Origin: Epiperipatus broadwayi
Taxonomy: Eukaryota; Animalia; Onychophora
Length of the DNA stretch: 64,000 bases
Direction: 5' to 3'
Assembly (NCBI GenBank): GCA_028023455.1
Contig: JAQFVV010000006.1
Coordinates: 16,678,001 to 16,742,000, forward strand
The notes under the pieces are model-generated. The model did no database searches. It was not told the DNA's origin and saw nothing but the letters and a program-made list of their open reading frames with translations. How positions within the stretch are numbered: the stretch's first letter is position 1; each line of letters starts with the position of its first letter. This document shows, one piece after another, positions 23,818-35,939 of the stretch. A program made the translations under genes and the position numbers.

Positions 23818-26800
23818 CTTAATTACTCTTATAAATAATTTGATTTAGTACCCAATGTTGAAAAAGCTGAAGTGTTTTGTTAACTAATGATGGGAGAAAA
23901 ATCTTTAGCAATTTTTTAGCTATGACAATTATCAATTTTAGGATTTGAACCAATTTAAAATATCTTGGCAAATGTTTTAGGAATAAAAGTGTAGTTAGAC
24001 GTTGAGATGACGCGCATATTCGAATATGCCTGCAAGCTACTAATTAAAAAAATCGCTTTAACTTTAATTAACTGTTTAATTTATTTATTGCTTGGAAGCA
24101 CAGAATATCTATTGATACAGTGTAAAAGCGTTGTTATAATGGGATCGACTCTTTCACAACCTATTGTGTGTAATGAATTATTTAAGAACCCCACCACCAA
24201 ACAGTGTTACAAAATAATTATAAGTGCTAAATATAAATTAATATTATACTCTAACAATAAAATAAATAGATACTTTCATTTTAGTTATTTCAAAACAGAT
24301 AACTGACTTTTTTTTTTTTAAAAAAAGAAGGATGAAATTTATTCAGGCATCTCATTTTTCGCAGGGCTGTGAAAGATCAAGGTTTTCATTGAATTTATTT
24401 TTTTTAAAAAGTTTAAATTTATAATAGGGAAAAACCCAGATTTTCTCATGTTCTAGCATGAGATTTTTAAAATTATGTTTCAAACACTTGTTATCATCAT
24501 TTAACTTGTCCTAGATTCCTTTTTTTTTTGCTTTGCAATTTTTTTTTTTTGGATGGACAAATATACATCATGGATTATTATTTATAGATTTATTTAACAT
24601 ACTTATTTTAACTTCTTATATTGTTTTACTTGCTAAAAGGTTGCATAAGCAAGTTTAATAATAAATACATTTTTTTCTCCAGAGGATAAATTGCCAGGCT
24701 TAAGATTGCTTATATATTGAACATTGTCAAAATCTTACTTAACTAACGTATTAGTATTTTGATGGAATATTTTTGGAGAGGGTGCTGATGGATTTTTAAC
24801 AGCCCTTCACTTTCCTATAACTATCTATAGACTACCTTACTAGATTTGTATTCATTTTGAAAACAGAAATTATATTGATTTATTAGTTCATAAAAAATCT
24901 GAAGAGGGCAAAAGTCTACTGGCAAAATAAAGTTCAAAGGATGCGAACCATACCTATAAGGGTGCTGATTAATAGAGAGCAGTTGTGAAGAAAATTTTTA
25001 TACCCAATTATTTTTGTTGTTAGCAATCAACAAAAAATTATTTTGTTTTCATAGTTTATTCAAATGTTTATGATTATTTTTACACAATATTTGTATAATA
25101 ATTATTTAAAAACAAAAGCAGACATTATTACATTCAAACATGTTTTATTTTTAAAAATATAAGTTAAATTCAATCATAACAGTAAACTAACATTCACAAG
25201 ATTATTAATGCCTTTTTAAAAACACTTTTTAACATGGTATCCCACAATATTTGTAATATTTCAAAAATTATAAATTTTACAACAGAATTTGATACATTTA
25301 TGTTTTAAAAATAAAAGTTCAGTCAACAAAGATTTTATTAATTTTCTGTTTTGATTGGCTTTTTTTTCTACTGTTCAGTTGGTAAAAAGTTTGTTGATCT
25401 CATGTATTATCTTCATAATATTTCTTGTTCTATATGATTTTTTTAAGTATCTTTTTTGTTTGTACTCTTATATTTCTAAAAATTCTAATATAGAATAAAG
25501 GTTTAACACTGCAAATAATTAGCTTGCAGAACATCACATGCTTGAATGCACGGCTGCTTTGATTCCCTGCCCTGAAGCTATTGTTTTATACTTATTTAGA
25601 CAGCATCTGGAACTGAAATAATATTGGAATATTAGTTCTAAAAACAATTCAAAGATAGAAGACATTTTTATTAAAGCTGTTACAAACAAGCTGAACTTCT
25701 GCCGTTATTATTCTCTCCATTCAAAAGTAGTCTTTCTGATTTGATTTCAAAAATTAAAAACATTTATTTTCCATGATTTTTTTTTTGCATATTATTGATC
25801 TTTTTTTTATTTTCACAATATTACAAGAATAATATAATTAGTTATATTTATTTTTAGAAGACATTTCGATAGAAATCAATAATGTATGGTTGTATCTTGA
25901 AATTGGTGATAAAGAATGCGTTCATATTTACTGCTGCACAATTATTTTTTTTAAAAATTAGTATTTAAATTCTAAATATAATTTTGATAGCTTTAATTAG
26001 GCAGAACAATAATTTGTTATAATTTAGAAAATGAATTAAAATGTCACTTTTAAAAACATGTAAATTTTTTATCGATGTTATGGATGAGAGATAAATAACA
26101 ATAAAGTTATTATTGTTATCAGTCTTATTGCATAATTCAATTTATTTTTTTCAAATTTGCAGAACTGAAATAATATTTTTAATAATAATTTGCATTTGCA
26201 AACATTTATTTCTAACAAATAATTAAAAATTTCTGAAATTATAATGAATAAACATAAATTTGGTGAAATAAAAAGTTGGTAGTTTAATCCAACCACCACT
26301 AGGGGAGACATTTCAATAATCAATCAAATTACTAGCAGGGAAAATGATGCAAATATTTCACCAGTTGAAGAGACTTAATAATTTTCTGAAAATATGGTCA
26401 TAGGTTCATGGAACCTATAAAGATGTTTATCATCTTGCTGGCTGTGTTGATATATAATAAATTATTATAAAGATATTCATTGAATGGATTTAGCATGTGA
26501 AGATTTGAGCATGGCTTTTGTAATAGAGGTAGCTAAAGATGATATAAAAGATAGTAAAAAAATGTAATATCAATATTCTTTATTGTGATGGTATGGTTAA
26601 AATTAAATTGACATATGCAGAAAAGAGTAGTATATAAATATATCCAAATATATTTGGGATTTGCTTAATAATTTGCATAATATACGTAAAACTCATCTTT
26701 AATATTTTATTCTTTCAGTTTTTTTTTTTTTAGAAATTAGGTTACCTATATTTGTTTGCTGCTAAAGATGATAATTAATTACACATTGTAATGATTGATA

Positions 26801-27699
26801 GGTAATTTCAAAGGAAAATAATTTCAGTATAAAATACAAACGAAACAAATACTGTTATGAACTAAACTACTCATTGAATTTTCACTAAGCTCCAGACTTG
26901 AAATTATCAAATCTTTTTGTTTTATAAACTCAGCAGTTGAGCCAAAAAATGCTATAAACAATTTATTGTCTGACTACATATCACAAATATGCTGCCATCT
27001 CAATATAAAATGACCATTTAACATATCTAGTAATGATTAACGATGAAGGGGTAATGATAAAGATTTTCCCATAAATAATTGTATCTTTTGAATTTTTGAA
27101 TAGGTTTTAAAAACAAAACTTTTTTTTTTTAGTGTGATTTTAGTGCAATGCATGTGTGGGGAGGGAGAAAGACAAAAGCAAAAGATAAATTTATGATGAC
27201 CATATACTGTCTTGCTGATTGATATGTTTTGCAGCAAAATTTTTTTAATAACAAATTTCATTACGTTGCATAATCGTAGCTTTCAATTATATTTTATCCT
27301 CAGCCAAATACCCTCATTCGAGCAATCTCTGTTCTATCTCTTTAGAATGCCTTTGAGATAATCTTTACATAAAGTAAATGTAATTGCTTAATCATGCTTA
27401 AGTTGACAACAGAAACTTGTCCTTACAATAATAGATTCAATATCATCATGATCTGCAAGCTGAAGTATATATCTAGGAATCTTGATATTTTTTTAAAAAG
27501 TCTTATGGAATATTTTTAAATAAAATTTTTTCTTTGCCATTAATAATGAGTTCATATCTCACATACAAATAATAAGGTTGATAGAATAGTAGGCCCCCCC
27601 CCCCAGATATTAGTTCTATTTCAGCTTGAAATGCATCTTGGGGGTAATTCATATGATTAAAATGTTTGTGTTGAAATTGGAAAATTATTCTTAATTTAG

Positions 27700-28440
27700 T
27701 TCCAGTAAACGCATACAGGAGTCTGGGTGTCCCTCAATGGCCATGTCAAGTTTTATTGCAATGATCACATTTTCAAGTTGATAACCATCCAAAGTAGCTG
27801 AAGTTAAAGGACTAATTGCAATGGAATCTGTTGCATCTCAACACCCAAGTTCACCTTTATTAAAGTGGCTCACATTTTCAAGCTGATGCCAAAAGTTTTT
27901 TTTTCCATTACTGTCTAATAATAAAGTGCTGAGTTTTTTTTGAAAATTAATTACTAAAACAAATTCTTTGTAGAATTGCACTCAAAACACTAACATTTTA
28001 TAGATTGTCTATTGTATCAGCAAATAACATAGCTTAAATCTAGAAGAAAAGGTAAGTTTTTATTTTTGCCTTTAATCAGTTCAGATTAGGAATTTCATAA
28101 CTGATCCATATTGTATCTCTATGACTGTTGCATGAAGCCCTCTTGTATTTCAAAGACTTCTGTCATAAAACGAAAAATAAATTTAGAGCTACTACATACT
28201 CTTTTTTAACCCCAGTTATTTTTTACTACAGTATTAATACTTTTATATAGAAACCGTATAATGGGAATATATTCTATTGGGTGACTATTTAATATCAAAT
28301 ATTGTAACAAATATTTTTGATTAATTGAATCAAACGCCATGATCAAATTAGTAAAAGCAATATACAAATCATGCTTTTGTTCACACCACTTTTTTTTGTA
28401 TGCACTTGTCTGCTCTAAAAAGCATGGCTCTCTAAACCAC
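27700..28440 (-). mobile_element. BovB-like RTE LINE reverse transcriptase remnant
   Basis: In order on the minus strand: EQKHDLYIAFTNLIMAFDSINQ...IIRFLY, GVKKEYVVALNLF, NLN*LKAKIK (cf. FNLRRLKAKTK), LFADT, and HQLENVSHF / DGYQLENV. Confidence 0.7.
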
Positions 28441-28589
28441 GTGGAGTCTTTGGGATATTTACTAGATAAAATGATGAAATCTAAAATTGATTTATAACTT
28501 AGAAGGGACAAATATGTGAAATATACTGATGAGTAAAGAAAGTTGTTGGAATAGTATGGAAAAGATAAGGCCATTGTTACATTTTCACT

Positions 28590-28740
28590 TCCCATTGTCA
28601 AACTCCCTCCACTCACAATTTTGACGCCGTCCATTTAAGATAAATACACTAATGATTATTACTAATCATTTTCGAAACTAGAGATTATCTCTTGCACAGA
28701 TATAAACTTTAAACCTCAGTTAAAGATTAATATATCTGAT
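28590..28740. repeat. Dispersed ~145 bp repeat; second direct copy at ~33035-33175
   Basis: Both copies share attgtcaaactc.ctcca...acaa.tttgac.cc.tcca.tt.agataaatac...aaactagagatt.tctct.gcacagatataaactttaaac. Confidence 0.8.
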
Positions 28741-29904
28741 TTTTTAAATTTACACAAACACGGAGTTATTCACCTTTCTCTGTCCCGTATGTAATATCTT
28801 TATAGATATAATAAATACCTCCATACTTCCCCATCCTTTTTAAATTCATATAAATAAAAATTGGATATTCTAGAATAAATGATGAATATTGCCCAATGGA
28901 TCGATAATGATTTAAAATAATCAACGATTATTTTCTGATACGAACAACTTTTAATTTCCCTTATTATTCCACAAACTTGCAATTAAATTTTATTTATTAT
29001 TACTGACATTCATTTTATTTTTTTAGCAATTCTTTAAGTGAGGTTTGTTGGGAGAAACATTAAAAATGTTAATAAGATGTTAAACGTTATTATTTTGTTA
29101 ATATATATATGTAGCGTATTGTGTGTGTACGTATTCAAATGATCAAAAACCATGACATTTTTGGTTTGGAAATATTATCATATTTGTAGATTTAAATATC
29201 TAGAAAAAAAAAAAAAACAGCGACAGAGAATTGCAGATATGAATATATTTTCGATGAAGGGAATAATTTTTTGTTTGCTAATGGAAATTTAAAGAATTTA
29301 AGAAAAAAATGAGATTGTCAGATTTAGAGAATGATGATAATTAGAACAAGCATTTATTGTTGAGCATAAGAATGATCACAAAATGTTTGGTGTTAATAAA
29401 AGAATGCCTGATGGTTAGAATGTTTATAAAAGATAGGGATGGTTTTAATTGTATTAAAGATTAACCTAGATCTTTGAGTCTGTGTCTTTGACAAGGAGGC
29501 AGTCGTCCCTTATTCATCTTTTACCTGCTGATCTGGAACTCCTGTTAATCATTGCATACTTCATTTTCTTTTTTTTAAAAGAGTTTAATTAATATTTAAA
29601 ATGTCTAAGAGGAAGTGATGAGTGATTTTTCAGCAGAGAAATTTGTTGTGGGAGATAGTAAAGAGTAATGGATTACTGCAATATGTAATTTAAAGATTTG
29701 ATAATTTAAAACAATCATTTATTTGTCATTAATTATTCTTCATTTTTATATGTACAATGTTAAATTAAAAGATTTTGTTATATACTAAACTCTTAATTAT
29801 ACTGTTCTGATACTTTTATCTTTTTTTAAAACTACAAGTTTATAACTACCCCCCCCCCCATCCACTATTTGTAGGTGACTTGAATTATTTGCGCAGAAAT
29901 AGAG

Positions 29905-30321
29905 CAGGCGGTCCTAGGATCGATTGTGGTTCTGGTTTTCAAATTTCTTATGAACTTCTGAGCAATAAAACCGTATGTCTTTTTTGAACCCTGGATGGTT
30001 TGGCTGAGTGGTAGAACATCCGACTTGGGGATCAGGAGGTCTCATAATTGATTCTGGCTCTCAAACAACTTACGTACTCCCGAGCAATAAAACTATTAGC
30101 CTTTTTTTGCCTGCACAGAATGTTCGACTTTGGGATCGGGAAGTGCCGGCACTCGAGCTTCTAATTAATTCCAGATGAAATAAAAGCTATTAGCCTTTTT
30201 GCCATGCACAGTTAGCACAGTAGATGGAGAATCTGACTTAAGGATCAGGAAGTTCCAGGATCGAGTCTGGTGCTTTTAACTTCTTATGAACTTCCAAGCA
30301 ATAAAGTCATTGTGCCTTTTT
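29905..30321 (+). repeat. Tandem array of four tRNA-derived, SINE-like units
   Basis: Units at ~29905-29985, 29993-30108, 30109-30200 and 30202-30321. A box TGGCTGAGTGG (30001-30011); tRNA-like core tctgactt..ggatcaggaag; B-box-like GGATCGAGTCT (30258-30268); each unit ends with ...aataaa...cctttt(t). Confidence 0.7.
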
Positions 30322-33300
30322 AATTGTTAACGTAAATATCTTTTATTATACTGCATATATGTAAGTCTGCATGGTTAAGTGCATAGGAAAATGGAAGATT
30401 CTCAAGATTTATGGACTGCATCTCAAATGTTATTTGCACTGTTACCAAGCAACAAACAATTTACTTTGTTTTTTATTACTTTATATACAATATATCATAG
30501 AGTATTAGCCATGGAAACCTATTTCATTATTTTTCACTAATGTCTTGCTAGTTTTTTAAAAAAAATAATGATTAAGCAAACATTTGATCTTCATTGAATG
30601 ATATATGCTGGTAGTGGTCAAACTTCATGTCAGTAAAAATCACATTAAATTTGAGATATATTGATGTATAATTTTTTTATTAATATGATTTATTAATTAA
30701 AAAAAAAATCAAAATTTATACAATTCAGTTGTCAATTAAAATATCAGGTGCAGAATAGGATCAAGTATTGAATTAAGAGCAGTCAGAGGGATTGAGAATA
30801 AGTTCTAGGTACAAGTGATTCACTTGTGTTTATAAAACTCTTGCTCTTATGTTGAGTATGGATTAAAATAAACTGCAGATTGGAAGGTTAATTTCCTTCT
30901 ACATATATATATATATCCAGCACTAAACAATTTATAAACATCTATTGTGCAAGTTACAAGTGTTGAGTATTTTGGAATTATGGGTTATACTTAAAGCTAA
31001 GGATTAAATTGTAATTGCATATATAGCATTTCAGAGAACAATCCTTAAATGGGTCTTACCTATAATTTTTGAATATTTGCTTCCACGGATTTTTATATGA
31101 TATAAGTTTTGATTTTAACAATGCATCATTCATTTTTAGTTCAATCATATTAAAACCATTCATTAGCCCCAGAAGTCAGACGAATCTCCCACACTCGACA
31201 TACATGGGAGAGATATACTTTATGTTTGTCATGTCTTGGATTATATATTTCAGTAGTGTGTGGTGGAATAGAAGTTTAAATTTTATATATATGAAGTTAT
31301 GTTTCACTATCTAGTTAAATTGTATCATGCTATATGACTTACTTGAAAAAGTATGTTTCCCATGTATCTATAGTGTGGAAGGTTGATCTGATTTCTGGGC
31401 TGATGGATGGTTGTGATAGAATTGAGCTAAAGGTGAATGATGGATGCATTGATAAAATCAAAACTTATGATGCATATTATCATGTAATTACTATACATTC
31501 CACCATAAAGTATTAAAAGTGGATAGAAACTTAGTCCCTACTTGCCTGAGAATGGTGCACTGATAAAAACAAATGACTTACAACTGTTTTTATATATTAT
31601 TTTTCCAGTTCCATGAAAAGTAATGGATCAAAAATTTATTACATCTTATTGAAGTACTTCAGCTTATTGAGTCTATTATTACCAAATGCATATCTTGATT
31701 TTATTGGGAAGGTGAAATGAATGAGATTTGGTAAACTTTGTTATGATTTTCATGTTTATGACATATCTTCTCTACATTGTGAAAGTAAGATCTATAATAA
31801 AGATGTGCGATATGGATTGCTTTTATTAGAAAGATATGGACGAGGATAGCGTACAATGAATTCAGTTCTTTATTAAAAGATGAAGTCTTTCTTAAAATTT
31901 GATTGAGAAGTTAGTTAGTTATAAGACAGAATTTCAAGATATCTAATAAGCAGGTTAACCCGGTAGGATTTTTTTACAATTCATCTTTAACTTTTGTTTT
32001 TGTTTTTGATTTTATTCTTTTCTATTTCCTTCACGAAATTATAGCAGCCAAAGATAACTGAAAATTATTTATGTACTTATGATTTTGATACTTGATAAAT
32101 TTCTATTTTTAAATTTATTTTATTTAAAATACATTTTCTGTAAGTTAATCATTTTTTAAATATATAACGATGAATTGTATATTAATATGTCAATATGGAT
32201 AGGAATTCTGTTAAGTTACGACATATCAAATTAACAATAAGCAACTGTTGGAATAACGTTGAAAAAAATAAACTTTTGTTTATATGTTTCTTTTTAGTAT
32301 CTAATTTTACTATGAATTATTTATTTTATGGATAATACATAATATAATCTAGATAGCTTCCCGATATCAATATTTATTTAATAGTTTATCTAAATACTAT
32401 ATTATGCCGTTATCTTTTATCTGAAGAAATATAAATAATTATAGGAAATAAATGTTAATTTATCTGTTGAATAACTTTATCCTACTATCATATTTAATTA
32501 ACTTTATGACTTTAACTATTTTTTATTAATATATTCCTACATGGGAAAACAGAGTTTATAATAATTAACCTTTTAGGTTTTATTTTTTCTATTGAAACGC
32601 AAAAATTATTACATTTATATTTAATGTTTCACTGATAACCTAAATCATTTTATACCCTCCAGCAGACGGCAGTATTAAATGATTTAGGCCTTTTCTATTT
32701 GTTATTATAAAAAAGATATGTATTATGCTTCGTACATAAAAAGGAATTCTTAATAACCATTTAATTTAAAACATTTTTAATTTTCTCTTTGTATTGTCAC
32801 ATTCGTATCCTCGAGTATTATTAGGGCTAGTTTTTAAAATGGTAATCGAAATATTACTTATGGCTAAATGAAGATTAAATGACAGTATGGGAGAGGAGAT
32901 TTAGTATATTATGAGGAATTAATTACAACAACTATAAAGGTGAAGTTTTATAAAAAAATAATAGACAATTCATAGGAGTAGTATATTAATTGCATAACTA
33001 ATCGCTAATGTATTATTTTTATATTTTGATTTATAATTGTCAAACTCACTCCAACCACAACTTTGACACCATCCACTTCAGATAAATACAGTAATGATTA
33101 CCAGTAATCATTTACTAAACTAGAGATTGTCTCTAGCACAGATATAAACTTTAAACTTGGTTAAAGATTATTATATGGAATGACCATACTCGTTTGGTGC
33201 TGATTGTAGTAGCTGTATTTCACAAAGAATTATACACAATAAATAAAGATTACAAATTGATATTTACATTCAACAAACACAAAAATTATATTCACATCTA

Positions 33301-33899
33301 AAATTTCTTTTAAAGCATAGTCATTTGTAAAAAAGGAGTGGTTTAAAAATAAATACATAAATGGAATAATATATTTTAGAGAATTAATTAAAACAGGCAA
33401 AACTCTCCATACAGTAGTGCCACTCAGTGCAAGCCAGAGTAATCAATGGATGACAGAAACAGTTATGAACAAGCATAAGTGTTGACTGGTTTTTAATGAT
33501 ATATATATTAGCTTAACTTAATTCGAAAATTTGTAATATGTGGGAACTTTTATTATTCATTGAGGTATGAGTGTGTGGATATTAATTGAACGCAACTTAC
33601 AAAAGGACAAACTTGTTAATTTAAAGAATGATAAACACTTGTGAACATATGCATTTAATGTGCATGTATGTTCAGCCTACTTATATATGTTTGTTATTTT
33701 GGAAAGTAAGTAATTAGTATATTAGCCCCAAAGAAGATTAAATAGATTTTGGAAGTATTATCTATATATGGAATAATGTATATACTTTAAATAGTTTTCT
33801 TTATATGACAGGCTAACAACTGATTAATATTGTAGAAATTGAGGAGCAGGCAATGAATCTTTAGTGGCACTTGTTCTATTTTGAATATGGTTTCTAGCT

Positions 33900-34330
33900 T
33901 TTAAGAGTGGATTGGTATGCTTCTCTAGCTAGATTGAATTGGATTTACATAAGTAAGAAGTGGAATAGAGGATAGAGAATACTTGGCTCTAAGTAAAAGG
34001 CCAAATTTCTGAAAACCAGTAATTGAATAGTTTGAATGATTTGTGAAAAACAAGGTAAAAATTTAGATTTGAAGATATAACATTGCTTTGATCTTTTTTT
34101 AAGAGAGAGAAGATATGATTGAGTTTTGTTAAAATTAAATCTTAACTAAATTCGACAATTTCTTGGAAGTCAATAGTTTAATGAAGACGCTTTTGAGATT
34201 CTTTAGTTAAATTGCATAGAAGAAGGCTGAAGTATGTAAGAAAAATTCAATGCACAGTTCCTGCTATTATTAGATGAAGGATTAAATACATGTTGTAGAT
34301 TGTTTAAATGAATGAAAATAAGACATAAGG
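33900..34330 (+). mobile_element. Possible CR1/L2 LINE 3' remnant
   Basis: REDMIEF (cf. RGDMIEVYK) near 34108, in purine-rich decayed coding-like sequence. Confidence 0.3.
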
Positions 34331-35317
34331 ATAAACAGAACTTTAACAACCAATAGCATTTATAGAATCAATATTGGATAAAACCCTACTCTTACTGGGT
34401 GGGGTGGGGGGAGGTACCCAGATTTCATGTGTTATTTTATAAAAGAACACATTATATTTAACCATCTAGTATTGGCTGTTAAGTCAATATCTAGCTATTA
34501 TTTAGCTAGTGAGTAAAGATTATGGGGTAATCTGATCTGCTCAGATGAATACTCATTGCAAAAGCATAAGTTATTTATAAAATGATTGTTACCTATGATC
34601 AGGATGGGGATGGGGATAAAAAGACTTTTAAGAATTCTGAGCTCTATGGCTTACTTTTGCATTCCAGGAAAATGTTTTAGCTATAAACTGACCTGTCAAA
34701 AGATAAATAATTTTTTAAAAGGTCTATTTAAAAAAAAAAGAATTACTTGCAATGAAGTGGATTCTATTATCATAATACCAGTTATTGCATAAGCTTGATA
34801 ATCAACTGGAATAATATTATTAACATAACCATAAGTCATTGTTAAATAGCTAATAATAGTACTGAGCAGTAATTATTCTATTAATGGGCAGAGGCTTTGA
34901 GAAGTAGCTGATAAAACCCATCTTTGTATGATAAGAAAATGGGAATGTTAACATTGCTGCAATTGGTCTTTTCATGATTATGTGGATAAAGATGATACCA
35001 CTTGGTAACATTTTCATGAAGTTGATGCCAATATTTTTTTATCAGTAACTTTTTTTCTCACTTGTTTATTTATATACCACAGAACTGCCAGAGAAGAATC
35101 AAATAGGGCAAATTTTAATACCCATTCCATACATTCTTGTTGTTGTAATTTTTATTACTAGGTGTTTATTCATATATTAAAAGACATGGATGAGTTGTTT
35201 ACCAACATGTTCATTTGCTTTTTATCTCTGATTTTATGAGCAAGAATATACCATGGTCTTTTTTCTCAGTTGTCTGGTAGTTCTTAAACAAAATATCAGT
35301 TTGAGTTTTGTTTGTGT

Positions 35318-35773
35318 ATATGAAAATACTTTAAACAGGCTTTAACCTGAATTCAATGCACTTTAAAATTCATAATAATCAAGCATATTTTGCTAATAGA
35401 GGGAACCTTCCAAACCACGACTCAAGATAGTGACTTTTATAAAAATAAGAGCGGCCATCTTATCTTTAACCTAAATGTCTACTTATATAGGCGAATCTGA
35501 AGCATCTTGATTTGGAAGCATGAAGTAATTGTTTTCTCCACTGTTCTAAGTCCACTATTTCAATTACAAATTAACTTACGCGAAATCTTGCGATTTACAG
35601 TGAGTTAATATTACGATCTTACTATTGGAAATTCTATAAACTATTGAAGATTAGTAATTAATTTATTGAGCGCACAGAAAGCATATGTAAATACTTTAAA
35701 CAGGCTTTAACCTGTATTCAATGCGCTTTAAAATTCATAATAATCAAGCATATTTTGCTAATAGAGGAACCTT
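35318..35773. repeat. ~90 bp direct repeats (35318-35409 and 35683-35773) bracketing a family E copy
   Basis: atatg.aaatactttaaacaggctttaacctg.attcaatgc.ctttaaaattcataataatcaagcatattttgctaatagag(g)gaacctt occurs twice with few differences. Confidence 0.9.
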
Positions 35774-35939
35774 ATATATGAATGAATTTTTTTAAAATAG
35801 ATATTTACAATCATGGAAGACAAAACTAAATTTTTAGCTCTTATTCTCAGGAGCTATAAAGTCATCAGCCAAAGCAACAGTTAGAGACCTGAAAGTGGAA
35901 GGTAATAAAATTTCCCAGATTGCTGATCCATGCTGCGAT

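Noticed and set aside
27266-27306. Minus-strand CTGAGGA-N12-GAAAGCTA, and similar partial cores near 24900, 50085 and 55338
   Set aside because: Helices I and II are not supported and there is no repeat context; indistinguishable from chance by eye.
28021-28057. Strong donor AAG/GTAAGT at ~28052
   Set aside because: It lies inside the antisense BovB-like RT remnant and the upstream frames are closed.
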